Shown here: positions 15,890 through 26,598 of the stretch, one piece after another | How the letters are laid out: each line of letters opens with the position of its first letter | How positions within the stretch are numbered: position 1 is the first letter of the stretch | IMG/VR virus record: IMGVR_UViG_3300037962_000190 | Location: 1 to 34,753 of that record | Strand: one strand, 5' to 3' | Origin: a virus | Lineage: Duplodnaviria > Caudoviricetes | DNA length: 34,753 bases | Position numbers and translations under genes: made by a program | The notes under the pieces: generated by a model | Told to the model about the DNA's origin: nothing | Seen by the model: the letters and a program-made list of their open reading frames with translations, nothing else | The model's database searches: none

Positions 15890-18800
15890 AAATTACCTAC
15901 CCTTTCCATTAGTCTTTGTTGTGCGTCTAAAAGTGCAGAATATTCAGCAGTTAATAAAGTTGATTCTTTTACTATTGCTTCTTGTATTGTTTTTTCATCT
16001 ACCCCTGCTAATAAAAGATGTTCTTTAGTCATCATATAATCTTCAGTAGCTGTTATAGCCATTCTCTTTGCATTTTCTATTAAGTCTGCCCTAAGTTTAT
16101 CTGCTACAGGTTTTGCATCATCATTTTTTTCGTATCTTGTTAATTTTTGATATGCTTCAGAAGATATAACATCTTCTAGATATTCAAGATATCTTTCTCC
16201 TTCGTATACAGATTTTTTGTAGTACAAAAAGGAATTTAACTTTTTCTTTTGATTAGTTCCTGGTATTTTTATATTAGGATCTGTGAACTTTGGTTTTATT
16301 TTTAGTTCTGCTAATACAGCAGCGTATTCTGCCGTAGGTAATTTTGTACCTGGTCTAGTAACTACAACAGTGTTACCTACTTTTTTGAGTACAGAACCTA
16401 CATAAGTAGCATTAGTATCTGTGTCATTAAATAATTTAGCAGCCTTTGCTCTATTTACGATACTACCAAACTCATCTACTCTTGGGTATAGTCCTACATT
16501 TTCTTCTCCAAATACATCTTCTAAAGTTTCTCTTGCTCCAGGAATCTTAGAAGTTGCTTTTGCTACGAATAATTTAAGGGCATTCATATTTACATAGGAG
16601 TCTTTTATAACAGGATCGTAAAAAAAGTTTGCTTGTTTATTACCATCTTCATCTACACTAGCAAATGACTCTGCTGTTCTGGACACTATGTTAGGAACTA
16701 GACCACCTACGATTGTGCCACCTGCCTTTGCAGATGCAGCTATTGCTTTCTCAAGCATATTATCTGATCTAGGAGAATACACAGTATCCATAATTTCTCC
16801 CATGCTTTTTAAGTAAGTTTTATCTGAAATCATAGTTACTAAGTTTTTGAACATACTCTTTGCTACAAAAAACGACAAAGTGTTAAAGTCTTTTCTTTCA
16901 GCAGGGGTTAGTTTTATTTCAGATAATTCATTAGTTATGTATTGAAAGTCAGAAGCTAACGCTGCTATTTGTGAAAAAGGATCTAACCTAGATATAGGAT
17001 AATACGTATCTCCTATTTTTATTGAGTAGGGTTCCCACCCATCATACTCCATTCTATTTCTTTCTGAATAATTTGTAGGCCCACCTCCAGTTATTATACC
17101 TGCTTGTGCTAAACTATACGCACCCGTAAGGTATGTCATACCTGCTAGTTGTCTATTTATTCTTTGTTCTTTTATTAGCTCTTCTGTTCTACTTAGCTCT
17201 CTAAACTTTTTAGCCTGTTCTTCTGTGAGATCATCTACGTCTACATCCCTAAGTTGTTTTAGCATTTTTCTGTTTTTAAATGCATCAGGGCTTAATAAAC
17301 CAAGAGGGGTTCTTTCTAATGAATATATTAGTAGATTTAGTGGGGTACGCACAAAGGGCATTAAGGCCGTTCCTAAACCAATACCTGACTTATCTAGTAT
17401 TCTACGAAACGCCTCACCTCCTTTTGTAAGAGCATTCTGTTGTTGGAATGTAGCTTCTAAAAATTCTTTCTCTGCATCCTGTAGCATCTTTGGTGTAGGG
17501 TTGGCTACTAGATACTCTATCATTTCAGAGGCATTTAAGTTTCTAGGATCTAGTGCTTCACCTAAACCATCATCACCTACTAATTTAAAATGTTTTTCGT
17601 CTATTGTAACTTTTGTACCATCAGCTAACTCTACTACTTCAGAACCACCTTTTCTTTGTAGTTCATATCTAATAGCTCTAACCTGCCTAGAAGCCATTTC
17701 GTACAGAGCTGCATTGTCTGCTATTGCCTTAAACATAGTATCAAATGCTGCCATAAATGTAGTAGGAGCGCGAATAACTCTACCTACTCTACTAGGTATG
17801 GATTGTACAGTTCCAGCCTTTTCTGCTATTTCATAACGCCCATATCTAGGATCTACGGGCATTTCTTTTCTTAAAACTTCTAAAAACAACCGCCCTGTTT
17901 TTGCAGCGTTAGATACGGATGCACCATGAGAAGCTACCATAGCGTCTAATTCTTTCTTGTATAAATTAGACATACCTTCTTTTGATACTATTTGTGTAAC
18001 AAATTGATCAGGTGGTAAATTATCTGTGTTTTTACCGTATCTTCCTGCACGTATATTATAAAATAAATTATCTATGACCAGAGGATTTTCTTTACCTTGC
18101 CTTAAAAGATTGTCTATTTCTTTTATTTCAAGAGATACAACATTTGCTTTTCCGCTACCACTTGCCTTACCTACGGACATACCCCGTAGTCTTTGATACA
18201 AATCTCCAAACAACATGACGCTAGAGGGGTCAACTTCTTGGCCTGTAACTTTAGCACCTAATAATCTTAATGATCCTCTTGTTGCACCAAAAGTTCCCTC
18301 TATTGCAGTACGTGCAAACTGTACACCAAAATTACCTGCTATGTTTACTAGCTGAGTATCAACGGCAGACAATATAGAGTTGTACCAATATTGCCCAATA
18401 CCTGCTTTTACATTCTGTAACCAGTTCTTTTGTACGCCTTTCTTTAACAGATCAATGCGTTTTTGCATTGCTGCGGAACCTACAAATTCTTCTTTAGACA
18501 TTGATTGTATAAGAGAGTCTATGTCTTTACCGCCAGACTCTACTAGATCATCCATCCATCTTGCTTTAGGGCCGTTAGGTATGTTAATATTAAATGACTG
18601 AAGTAATCTACCCGACTCGTTAGCTATCCCATTTACAGTATTTTGAACGGATTCATATGCTAATAGCTGTTGAGTGTATGCTGCTTTTACTTGTTTATAT
18701 TCAGATAGTGATTCTCTACCTTGTTTTTTTAACGTGTTTGCTTCTCTAGCTAGACCAAACAATACATCTGCTGTATCAACTAATAATTGTCTAGCAGCTA

Positions 18801-20166
18801 ATGCATATTCTGTAGCTCCTTTTAGACCAGAGCCTAATACAACATTGCCCTCTGGATCTGTACGTAAACGCAATGTGCCTTGGTTTTTAGACACAACATC
18901 TAGCATACCATTTACATCTTTGTGTCCTAATAAATCAGCAGCTTGTTCTAAAGACTTATTATTAGTTTGAGTAGGAGGCCATGTTCCGTTAGGATTATCC
19001 TTTAAATAATTATCTCTAAGGGCCTCGCCTGTTTCATTTATAAGATTATATACTTCGTACTGACTAGAATTTATTCTATTTAAATTTATAGATCCTACAT
19101 ATTTATCTATAAACTCTGTAGATTTACCTTGTTTTTCTAGTGTTTTTTTAATTACCATTTGAGATCTAGGAGAAAGCTCACCAGAAGGATTGCCATCTAT
19201 TTTAACATCTTCTGCTAATTCTTCTAATTGCTCTACTGTTAAAGGTTTTCCTTTTTTACCTAGTGGGCTTTCATCCACAGTTCTTGGTTTTATAGCTCTA
19301 CCAAACACACTAACCAACTGAACTGCACCATCCATAACTGTTCCTATACCTAGACCCTCTGCTGCCATTTTAATACGGGCGGTCATTTCTGAATCACCCT
19401 CATGGTATTTAAGAAGCTCACCTACATCTTTTAATATTGGAACATCTGTCGAGGCTGCTAGGTCAGCTAGTCTAGGATCTTTTGGATCAAATACTAATTG
19501 TTCTGCTATGGCTGCTACCGCACCACCTGCTAAAGTTCTGCCCCCAATTTTACGTAAAGTTTTTCTTGCCATAGATTTTACGGCAGTGTTGTTTGTTACA
19601 GAGACTGCTTTTTTACCTAATCCTGTGGCTAGTAGATTAGTATTGCCACCAGACAAACCTATTCTTGATAGGCCATACGCACCCATCTTTGCAATTCCAC
19701 CAGCAAGTTTTAATGCACCTAATCCTGGAACAATACCTACACCTAATTGCCCCACCCCCGATGCTAACTGACCTGCCATTGTTTGAGGCTCTGCTATTTC
19801 TACCTCATAGTCTTCGTTAGGAACAACGTCTATAGAACCATTAAGTAAATCTTCTTCTATATAATTACCTGCGTCCAAGGCTAGGTTATACATCTGCCCT
19901 ATACCTTTAGACGCACCATAAGCAATGCCTCTTCCTACATCACTTACATAGTCGCCAAAACCAAAATCATCTTCAGATTTATCTGGAGCAGGAACTTCAT
20001 CCCCTACAAATTCTTTTCTTGTCTTACCCATTTTTTCTGGAGTGCTAATTGTTTCAACAGATAAAATATTATCTCTGTCTATAGCCTCTTGTTCTTCTTC
20101 AGTAGGAGGTGTATTTTCTACTCGTTCTAATACTTGTCGTATTATTTCTTCATCTGAAAGTGCCAT
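15886..20166 (-). CDS. large internal virion (ejection) protein
   Basis: 1426 aa, mainly helical. MPFVRTPLN, ITGGGP...GWEPYSIKIGD.Y....RLDPF are typical of podovirus internal core proteins. Confidence 0.75.
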   Translation of the reverse strand: MALSDEEIIRQVLERVENTPPTEEEQEAIDRDNILSVETISTPEKMGKTRKEFVGDEVPAPDKSEDDFGFGDYVSDVGRGIAYGASKGIGQMYNLALDAGNYIEEDLLNGSIDVVPNEDYEVEIAEPQTMAGQLASGVGQLGVGIVPGLGALKLAGGIAKMGAYGLSRIGLSGGNTNLLATGLGKKAVSVTNNTAVKSMARKTLRKIGGRTLAGGAVAAIAEQLVFDPKDPRLADLAASTDVPILKDVGELLKYHEGDSEMTARIKMAAEGLGIGTVMDGAVQLVSVFGRAIKPRTVDESPLGKKGKPLTVEQLEELAEDVKIDGNPSGELSPRSQMVIKKTLEKQGKSTEFIDKYVGSINLNRINSSQYEVYNLINETGEALRDNYLKDNPNGTWPPTQTNNKSLEQAADLLGHKDVNGMLDVVSKNQGTLRLRTDPEGNVVLGSGLKGATEYALAARQLLVDTADVLFGLAREANTLKKQGRESLSEYKQVKAAYTQQLLAYESVQNTVNGIANESGRLLQSFNINIPNGPKARWMDDLVESGGKDIDSLIQSMSKEEFVGSAAMQKRIDLLKKGVQKNWLQNVKAGIGQYWYNSILSAVDTQLVNIAGNFGVQFARTAIEGTFGATRGSLRLLGAKVTGQEVDPSSVMLFGDLYQRLRGMSVGKASGSGKANVVSLEIKEIDNLLRQGKENPLVIDNLFYNIRAGRYGKNTDNLPPDQFVTQIVSKEGMSNLYKKELDAMVASHGASVSNAAKTGRLFLEVLRKEMPVDPRYGRYEIAEKAGTVQSIPSRVGRVIRAPTTFMAAFDTMFKAIADNAALYEMASRQVRAIRYELQRKGGSEVVELADGTKVTIDEKHFKLVGDDGLGEALDPRNLNASEMIEYLVANPTPKMLQDAEKEFLEATFQQQNALTKGGEAFRRILDKSGIGLGTALMPFVRTPLNLLIYSLERTPLGLLSPDAFKNRKMLKQLRDVDVDDLTEEQAKKFRELSRTEELIKEQRINRQLAGMTYLTGAYSLAQAGIITGGGPTNYSERNRMEYDGWEPYSIKIGDTYYPISRLDPFSQIAALASDFQYITNELSEIKLTPAERKDFNTLSFFVAKSMFKNLVTMISDKTYLKSMGEIMDTVYSPRSDNMLEKAIAASAKAGGTIVGGLVPNIVSRTAESFASVDEDGNKQANFFYDPVIKDSYVNMNALKLFVAKATSKIPGARETLEDVFGEENVGLYPRVDEFGSIVNRAKAAKLFNDTDTNATYVGSVLKKVGNTVVVTRPGTKLPTAEYAAVLAELKIKPKFTDPNIKIPGTNQKKKLNSFLYYKKSVYEGERYLEYLEDVISSEAYQKLTRYEKNDDAKPVADKLRADLIENAKRMAITATEDYMMTKEHLLLAGVDEKTIQEAIVKESTLLTAEYSALLDAQQRLMERVGNL

Positions 20167-20185
20167 TTATATATTTCCACTTTTT

Positions 20186-21310
20186 TTATCTAGAGGAGGG
20201 TCTGCCCGTTCCTTCTTTAAGTATGCTTAGTGCAGATTTTTGAATTGCACCTGTTGTTTTAGAAAGGCTAGTTAGTGCCTCTGTGTACATATCCATTATT
20301 TTTTGAGCTTCTCTTTTACTACCCGATGGTAATATTTTTTGTATATCTGTAACGGCTTCTACCGTACTGTTCCTATTAGCAATAATATCAAATATTCTAT
20401 TCTTTAAGTTACTTGATGTTTCTGCTGTCATTTGTTTAAGATTAAATAGTATACGTGTATTTTTCTTTCTGTCTTCTTTTTGTTGTTGTGTTAGTGGTTT
20501 TTTCTCTTGTACAAGTTTATCTGTCGGTTTTAAGTTTGCGTATGCTTTTTGCATTTCTTTTCTAATATCTTTTGATCTAGTAAATAAGTCTAAATCTGTG
20601 TTTGATAATAATTGTCCTTTAGCACTTTCATGTACTGCTGAAGGTCTAGTCATTTTACCACGTATAGAGAACGGCAATCCACTAGGTTGAATACCCCTTG
20701 TAGGAGTACCATACGCATACTGTGTATCTGGCTCTAACAGTGTGCCTCTACCAGACGCAACAATTCTTCTTTCAGCCCTACGCATTGACTCTACAGGATC
20801 AGGCACACCAAAACCTAATTTAAATATATCTTCTAGGCTCATGTCTTTTTCTTGTTCTTCTTCAACGGCAGGAGCGTATGTACCTTTAGATGTTCTTATG
20901 TCTGATAGTTTAACTTTCTTTCTATCTGATGCCTTATATATGTCCTCTGGATTTGCAATGTTGTATTGCTTCGCCATATCTTTAAACCAGTATCCTGTTT
21001 TATTTGTGTCTGCTTGTACGGCCTTTTTAAAAGCAGCAAAGTTTTCATCACTAGACATAATATCTCTAATAAAACCCACAGGTGCATCAGGAGTGTTACT
21101 TAGTACAAAATTTAATTGCCCTTGCAGACCTGCTTTTAGTTTATTATCCAAGGCTTTATTTTTAGCAATATTAGAGCGTAGCAGTTTTACGTGTTCTGCA
21201 ACTGCTTTTCTGTCTTCTTCGCCTCTTTTCTTAATGTTCTCAGCAATCTGTGTACCTGCCGAAAGTACGAAGTTTTGACCAAACTCTTTTAAATCAGACA
21301 TTAATCCCAT
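20186..21310 (-). CDS. putative internal virion protein (374 aa)
   Basis: Helical and basic; lies in the ejection cluster. Confidence 0.6.
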   Translation of the reverse strand: MGLMSDLKEFGQNFVLSAGTQIAENIKKRGEEDRKAVAEHVKLLRSNIAKNKALDNKLKAGLQGQLNFVLSNTPDAPVGFIRDIMSSDENFAAFKKAVQADTNKTGYWFKDMAKQYNIANPEDIYKASDRKKVKLSDIRTSKGTYAPAVEEEQEKDMSLEDIFKLGFGVPDPVESMRRAERRIVASGRGTLLEPDTQYAYGTPTRGIQPSGLPFSIRGKMTRPSAVHESAKGQLLSNTDLDLFTRSKDIRKEMQKAYANLKPTDKLVQEKKPLTQQQKEDRKKNTRILFNLKQMTAETSSNLKNRIFDIIANRNSTVEAVTDIQKILPSGSKREAQKIMDMYTEALTSLSKTTGAIQKSALSILKEGTGRPSSR

Positions 21311-21314
21311 TGTA

Positions 21315-21920
21315 TTATCCCATCATTAGTGTTGTAGGCTCTTCTTCTTCTTGAGGGTCATCTTCCATGTCCATAGCCATCATGTCATCGTCCATAGGCA
21401 TCATGGAATCCATACCGTCTGGTGGAGCCATCATGCCAGATGGTTCTCCCATCATGTCATCATCCATGTCACCTTCCATTGCCATACCTTCTTCGCCCTC
21501 TTCTCCTTCAGCTAAAGTTGCAAGAACCTGATCTATTTGAGCCTGTCGTTGCATGGCCCCTGATTCATCTCTTCTTGCGACCTCTATGTCTGCTTCCTGA
21601 CCTATGAGAAGTATTAAATCTGTAAAAGGCTCTTTTAATATAACGCCCATGTCAGCAGATATTTGACCCATCATGAATGCATTCATAAGTACGCCATCTA
21701 CGATGGTGTCTGCTGTAATACCCATCTCAAGTAGTCGCACAGTATTGATTGCGTTTTCTTCTTCATTAACAAACTTTTCGTACAAAAACATATAGTACTC
21801 ATCAGGATCAGAATAATCAGGAGGTGTCTCAAAAGGAACAGATCCTAACTCTCCAGATACTAATGATTGTCCTGGTATTGCACTTTCAAATTCACTGAAC
21901 TCATTATCTTCCATAGCCAT
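21315..21920 (-). CDS. acidic virion-associated hypothetical protein (201 aa)
   Basis: AIPGQSL...PFETPP N-terminal motif; M/D/E-rich low-complexity tail; AAGGAG RBS. Confidence 0.75.
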   Translation of the reverse strand: MAMEDNEFSEFESAIPGQSLVSGELGSVPFETPPDYSDPDEYYMFLYEKFVNEEENAINTVRLLEMGITADTIVDGVLMNAFMMGQISADMGVILKEPFTDLILLIGQEADIEVARRDESGAMQRQAQIDQVLATLAEGEEGEEGMAMEGDMDDDMMGEPSGMMAPPDGMDSMMPMDDDMMAMDMEDDPQEEEEPTTLMMG

Positions 21921-21936
21921 AGCTTATCACTCCTTT

Positions 21937-22131
21937 TTAATCTGTTGTGTTTGTTTGTAACATACTACGTATAGCATCTTGATACGTTTTAGCTGTAGTA
22001 AATGCATCAGTAGGTGCTATTGGTTTAGACGTAGGTTTCTTTTGCTCTCTAAGTATTCTGGTTCTTTCAATGTCTGTTCTTGACAATGCGGTAGGAACTC
22101 TTACTCTACTAAACGGATTAGTTATTCCCAT
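21937..22131 (-). CDS. hypothetical protein (64 aa)
   Basis: GAGGAG RBS; fills a gap in the operon. Confidence 0.65.
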   Translation of the reverse strand: MGITNPFSRVRVPTALSRTDIERTRILREQKKPTSKPIAPTDAFTTAKTYQDAIRSMLQTNTTD

Positions 22132-22147
22132 TTATAGTACTCCTCTA

Positions 22148-23881
22148 TTATGTAAGTCCTGGTATTTTAAAATCTTTTACAAATCCAACTATAGCTTCAG
22201 CACCTCTTTCTGTACCAGCTAGATTACCAAATATATTACCCAATATACCACCTGCTGCACCCAAGAAACTGCCACCACCTTCTTTTCCTCTAGCAGCCGC
22301 TTCTGCCTGTAGTGTAGCTATAGCTAAGTTGTTCTGTCTCTGTAGATCATTTTGACCAGACTGATAGAAATAGTCAGCCTCATCTCTAGCCAACTGTACG
22401 AGGTTATTTAGCGCAGTATTAGATTTATTAAGAATAGCGGTAGCATTAAATTGGTTAGCTGCATTTTTAGCTGCCGTATTTGCGGTGTTTGTTTGTCTTC
22501 TAAATACAGCGTTTGCTTGTGCTATAGCTAGTTGGTTTCTAGAATAAAACTCATCTTTTGCCCTAGCCGTGTTTACATTAAACTGTGTAATAGCATTTGC
22601 CTGACCTGCATTGTATTGAGATATTGCAGTTCGTTGACTAGCGTTGTTTAAATTTACTGCCTGTTGCAAATTACTAAAGAATTGATCTGTCTGGTTTTTA
22701 CTGGTTGCGTTAAATTTACGTGTAGCGTTTATCTCAGCTGCATCAGTAAACAGGCTCTGCACCCTGTTCTGTGTATTTAATACGGCTGTTTGTTGTCTAA
22801 TGTCCAACTCTTTTATGTCGGCAGTTAGTAGGTTTGCTGCGTTTGTTATTTCTGCCTGTTGCCTGTTACTTAGGTTCTGCTGTTGGAACTGTGCATATAT
22901 CTGTGCATCTGCTTGTGCTATAGGTAGTCCTGATTTTAGTGCAGTCTCTAATAACATCTCTTGATATACGCCACTAGATGCAGTTATTCCCCTACGTGCC
23001 AGTATATTCTCTGCCCCTTGTATGGCGTTTGCTGCCCAAGGTGGTACGGAGTCACCTGCAAAGTCCTCCATTATAATACCTAGTTGACCCTTTACAGTTG
23101 ATCTTGCATCTACCTCTTCCTGTTGCGCTCTTACTAATCGTATATCATTTACAAATTGCTCTGCTTCCATGTCTTGTTGAGCTATCGCATCTGCTACTGT
23201 CTGGGCTGAAGATACATTTGCGTCAGTTCTAGTCACCTGTTGTGCGTCTGTTACACCTGCTAGTGTTTGTCCTGCTGCTAAATCTCTAGTTTGGAATGCA
23301 GGATCTGTCCGATCTATGATTGTTCCTGGTGCGTTAGGGTCTATTTGTTCTGCTGTTAGTCTTGCACCAGAGGGAAGTTTTGCATTAGGATCTTGCGATA
23401 TATCTGTTTGTACACCTTTAGCACTTTGAAATCCAAACGGATCTACTAGCCCTCTACGTCCTGCATCATCCTGTATAAATGCTTGAGTAGTTGCATCTGT
23501 AGGCGTTCCCCTAAAACCTTGATTTATAGCAACTGCCCTAGTATCTAGCTGTTGCGTTGTGACGTTAGGGTTTACGGATGGATCTCCCAATCGTTGATCT
23601 ACTATCTCACCGCCCAATAAATCGCCACGTATCTGAAATGCCTGTTGTCCTGTGGTTGGATCAGTGGTAACTATTGGATTGCCTTGATCATCAAAGTTAA
23701 ATAGATTAGGATTTGTAGTAGGCGTAGGCCCACCTTCAGGTATTACAGGATCTATGGGAGTAGGGCCTTCGCCCTCTTCAGTAGGTAGACCTTCAAATGC
23801 TTCTCTTATTTCAGCATCAGTAAGTTCACGAAACTCGCCATCTTTTCCTATATCTGGATCAAATATTTGTGGTCTTGCCAT
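22148..23881 (-). CDS. putative DNA ejection/pilot-like virion protein (577 aa)
   Basis: Q/N/A-rich coiled-coil C-terminal half ending in a Gly-rich hydrophobic segment GGSFLGAAGGILGNIFG. Confidence 0.6.
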   Translation of the reverse strand: MARPQIFDPDIGKDGEFRELTDAEIREAFEGLPTEEGEGPTPIDPVIPEGGPTPTTNPNLFNFDDQGNPIVTTDPTTGQQAFQIRGDLLGGEIVDQRLGDPSVNPNVTTQQLDTRAVAINQGFRGTPTDATTQAFIQDDAGRRGLVDPFGFQSAKGVQTDISQDPNAKLPSGARLTAEQIDPNAPGTIIDRTDPAFQTRDLAAGQTLAGVTDAQQVTRTDANVSSAQTVADAIAQQDMEAEQFVNDIRLVRAQQEEVDARSTVKGQLGIIMEDFAGDSVPPWAANAIQGAENILARRGITASSGVYQEMLLETALKSGLPIAQADAQIYAQFQQQNLSNRQQAEITNAANLLTADIKELDIRQQTAVLNTQNRVQSLFTDAAEINATRKFNATSKNQTDQFFSNLQQAVNLNNASQRTAISQYNAGQANAITQFNVNTARAKDEFYSRNQLAIAQANAVFRRQTNTANTAAKNAANQFNATAILNKSNTALNNLVQLARDEADYFYQSGQNDLQRQNNLAIATLQAEAAARGKEGGGSFLGAAGGILGNIFGNLAGTERGAEAIVGFVKDFKIPGLT

Positions 23882-23904
23882 ATCACTATCTCTTTCTTTT
23901 TATC

Positions 23905-25992
23905 TTAGCCCACCCTTGGGTCTGGAGTAACTGGCCCTAGCGCACCTACTTGCCCTTGCTCTGCAACTTCCATAAGCCCTTTGTTTATGTTTTGGGTAGT
24001 TCGTTCTGCTACTCGCTCTGCTGCTAATACGGCAGGTAAAGAACCTGCTACTGGTGCAGCTTGTGCCATTATACCCGTTGGTGCAGGTACTCCTGTAAGT
24101 TGCTCTGCTATTCTATTTGTTTGTAGGCCATATGTATTTGCTAGGTCTTTTAACTCAGTGGCGCGAGTATTTAATGTAGATAGAATATTTGCCCTATCTG
24201 CATTTGACAGGTTCTCAAAATTTCTTAGTTGATTTGTTAGTGCAGTTACATCGTTACCTATAGCTGAAGCCTGACTCCCTACGCCACTTATAGCAGTTGA
24301 TAGCCCTGTTTGTCCAGACATTAGACCTGCCTGACCTTGAAACAAAGTTGTAGGATCGCCTGTTGTAGGGTCAACGGGGGCCTCACCAATATCTGCCTGT
24401 ATGCCTGTTATACCCTGTTGTGCAGTGGTAAGGTCTTGGGCTAATCCTGCCTGACCACCAAACAATGTGGCATCTGGTGTAGGGGCTGTACCAATACGCC
24501 CTGTTATGTCTTCTTGTCCTGAAATAAGACCTGTAGTATCTTCTCTTATACCAGCAGTTTGCCCCATTAAAGTTTGAGGTTGCCCAGTTGCCCTAGTTCC
24601 AATAAGATCAGAAACATCACTAATATCATCTCTTACGGGTTGTAGATTAGATTCAGTTTGTAGTGCATTTGCTGTAGCAGTGTTTACTGCTGTTGGTGAC
24701 ATTATACCTGCTGATGAAGAGCTTGGTTGATTTTGTAACTCTGTTACTTGGCTTTGTAAATTACTTAATGTGGTGTTTTGTTGATTTATAAGATCTGTTA
24801 TAGGTGATAGATCTATCTCTGTACCTTCTCCTTCCTCCCCATCTTCTGTATCTGTATCACCAGTTGTACCACCACCAGTTGTACCACCACCAGTTGTACC
24901 ACCACCAGTTGTACCACTAGCACCAGGAAGTAAAGCAGCATCCCCAATGTTAGATCTAGGCAATACTCCTACCTCATATCCTGCTACAGGAAGTTGGTTA
25001 TTAGGGTTCTGTACGTTTAACGCTGCCCTTTGCTCTGGGGTGCTTGAGTAGAAATCACGAATGTATCTCTGTGAGTCGGTCAAGCTCTGATCTGGCGTAT
25101 TAACTAAATCTTGGAATGTGTCAAATACGCGAGTAGGATCAGGTTGGTCTGGAACCATTAGTCCTGTATCAATAAATTCTGAAGTACGCACTCCTGGAGT
25201 ATAGTTATCTACAGGTAATTGAGCATTAGGTTGTTGTAAGTTTAGTTGTCTCCTCACTTCTACGGGGCTAGAGTAAAAATTACGTATGTATATTTGCTCT
25301 GGCGTAAGACTTTGATCAGGAGTGCTAATTAATTCCGCAAAAGAAAATTGTCTATTTGGATCTGGAGGAGTGAAAGTAACTGTATTTTGCTCTGGCTGTG
25401 GCTCTGGCTGTGGCTCTGGCTGTGGCTCTGGCTGTGGCTCTGGCTGTGGCTCTGGTTCTGGTTCTGGTTCTGGCTGCGGCTCTGGTAACACAACATTTTG
25501 ACCTTCTACAACAGGCGCACCAAGATTAAAGGGTCTATCTTCTTTAAACCCTTGTGATGTATAATGTTGTATTGCATATTTTGCTAGTTCTAAACTGTCA
25601 GTACTACCGTCTGGGTTTCCCCCATAAACACCTTTTTCGATAGCGTCTTGTTTAAGATCAGGGTTAGCATTTATGTAACTATTTACTGCAACAGGATCAA
25701 AACCTATAGTAGTTGGTAGTGATGGTATTTCAGATGGCCCTGCTAATTGTCTTCCTGAAACAGGATCGGTTACGGTGGTGGTAAAAGTAGTAAGACCTCC
25801 TTGATCTAAAGGTTTAAGAAATACATTAGGAACACCTATTGATCCCTCTCTATTTTCTCCCCCTCCAAATTGTTTAAAGTGATCTTCTGCACTAGTAAAT
25901 TCACCCCTAGATATTGCTTGTACGACATCTGGATTAGCCCTTGCGTACTGTTCAGGATTAAAACCCTCTGGTAGTCTATATCGATCAACCAT
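23905..25992 (-). CDS. repeat-rich virion protein (695 aa)
   Basis: Two Y..ANPD domains, PEPQ linker, duplicated ~50 aa module, GGGTT linker, coiled-coil C-terminus. Confidence 0.8.
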   Translation of the reverse strand: MVDRYRLPEGFNPEQYARANPDVVQAISRGEFTSAEDHFKQFGGGENREGSIGVPNVFLKPLDQGGLTTFTTTVTDPVSGRQLAGPSEIPSLPTTIGFDPVAVNSYINANPDLKQDAIEKGVYGGNPDGSTDSLELAKYAIQHYTSQGFKEDRPFNLGAPVVEGQNVVLPEPQPEPEPEPEPQPEPQPEPQPEPQPEPQPEQNTVTFTPPDPNRQFSFAELISTPDQSLTPEQIYIRNFYSSPVEVRRQLNLQQPNAQLPVDNYTPGVRTSEFIDTGLMVPDQPDPTRVFDTFQDLVNTPDQSLTDSQRYIRDFYSSTPEQRAALNVQNPNNQLPVAGYEVGVLPRSNIGDAALLPGASGTTGGGTTGGGTTGGGTTGDTDTEDGEEGEGTEIDLSPITDLINQQNTTLSNLQSQVTELQNQPSSSSAGIMSPTAVNTATANALQTESNLQPVRDDISDVSDLIGTRATGQPQTLMGQTAGIREDTTGLISGQEDITGRIGTAPTPDATLFGGQAGLAQDLTTAQQGITGIQADIGEAPVDPTTGDPTTLFQGQAGLMSGQTGLSTAISGVGSQASAIGNDVTALTNQLRNFENLSNADRANILSTLNTRATELKDLANTYGLQTNRIAEQLTGVPAPTGIMAQAAPVAGSLPAVLAAERVAERTTQNINKGLMEVAEQGQVGALGPVTPDPRVG
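24858..24917. repeat. 15-bp tandem repeat x4 (CACCAGTTGTACCAC), encodes (GTTGG)n
   Basis: Four exact copies read directly. Confidence 0.95.
25389..25485. repeat. 12-bp tandem repeat x5 (GCTCTGGCTGTG) plus 6-bp variants, encodes (PEPQ)n/(PE)n
   Basis: Five exact 12-mers at 25389-25448, followed by GCTCTG/GTTCTG units. Confidence 0.95.
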
Positions 25993-25993
25993 C

Positions 25994-26230
25994 TTACTTC
26001 CCCCTCTCTAATACTTTATCTAGTTTATCCTCTAACCTATGTAGAGCATCCGTAACCATTCTCATGTCCTCTCGTAGCTCTTGCTTGGTAGAGTAATCTT
26101 CTCTAGTACGATTAAGGAGAATATCTATTCGCTTTACTTCTCCCATTAGATTCCTAAACATCCATATCGCAGGTGCAATCACCAGCGTTAATACTACGTT
26201 CCAAAAAATTACTGGTGATACCTCGCCCAT
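25994..26230 (-). CDS. small TM + coiled-coil protein (78 aa)
   Basis: VIFWNVVLTLVIAPAIWMF TM segment, then heptads ending LHRLEDKLDKVL. Confidence 0.75.
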   Translation of the reverse strand: MGEVSPVIFWNVVLTLVIAPAIWMFRNLMGEVKRIDILLNRTREDYSTKQELREDMRMVTDALHRLEDKLDKVLERGK

Positions 26231-26242
26231 CTTACTTACTCC

Positions 26243-26587
26243 TTATAGTGTCGCATTACAAGCGTCTAAAGCATCCCAAACTTTCTTAGCATGGGCAGCA
26301 TTATCAAATGCTACAGTCTTTTCTGGATCGTCTGGATCAGGATCTGTCCAATCACCTGATATGGAAGTTAGATATTCTTGGAGATCGTCTTTGTTTTTTA
26401 TCTCCTCAAAGTCTCCACTACCGCCATCTTTAACAATGCCAATCATAACATTATCTCTAGGTGCATCAGTATCACTATCTGTCACCACATACACCCCATG
26501 CATACCCATTGGGTCATGTCCGAAATGTAAAAAGTCTGGTATTGTTCCATCAGCGTTTAGCCGATACTTGCATACTTTGTAAGCCAT
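26243..26587 (-). CDS. hypothetical acidic protein (114 aa)
   Basis: GAGGA RBS; KYRLNADGTIP.F motif; follows the 279 aa gene. Confidence 0.8.
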   Translation of the reverse strand: MAYKVCKYRLNADGTIPDFLHFGHDPMGMHGVYVVTDSDTDAPRDNVMIGIVKDGGSGDFEEIKNKDDLQEYLTSISGDWTDPDPDDPEKTVAFDNAAHAKKVWDALDACNATL

Positions 26588-26598
26588 ATTAGTTCCTC

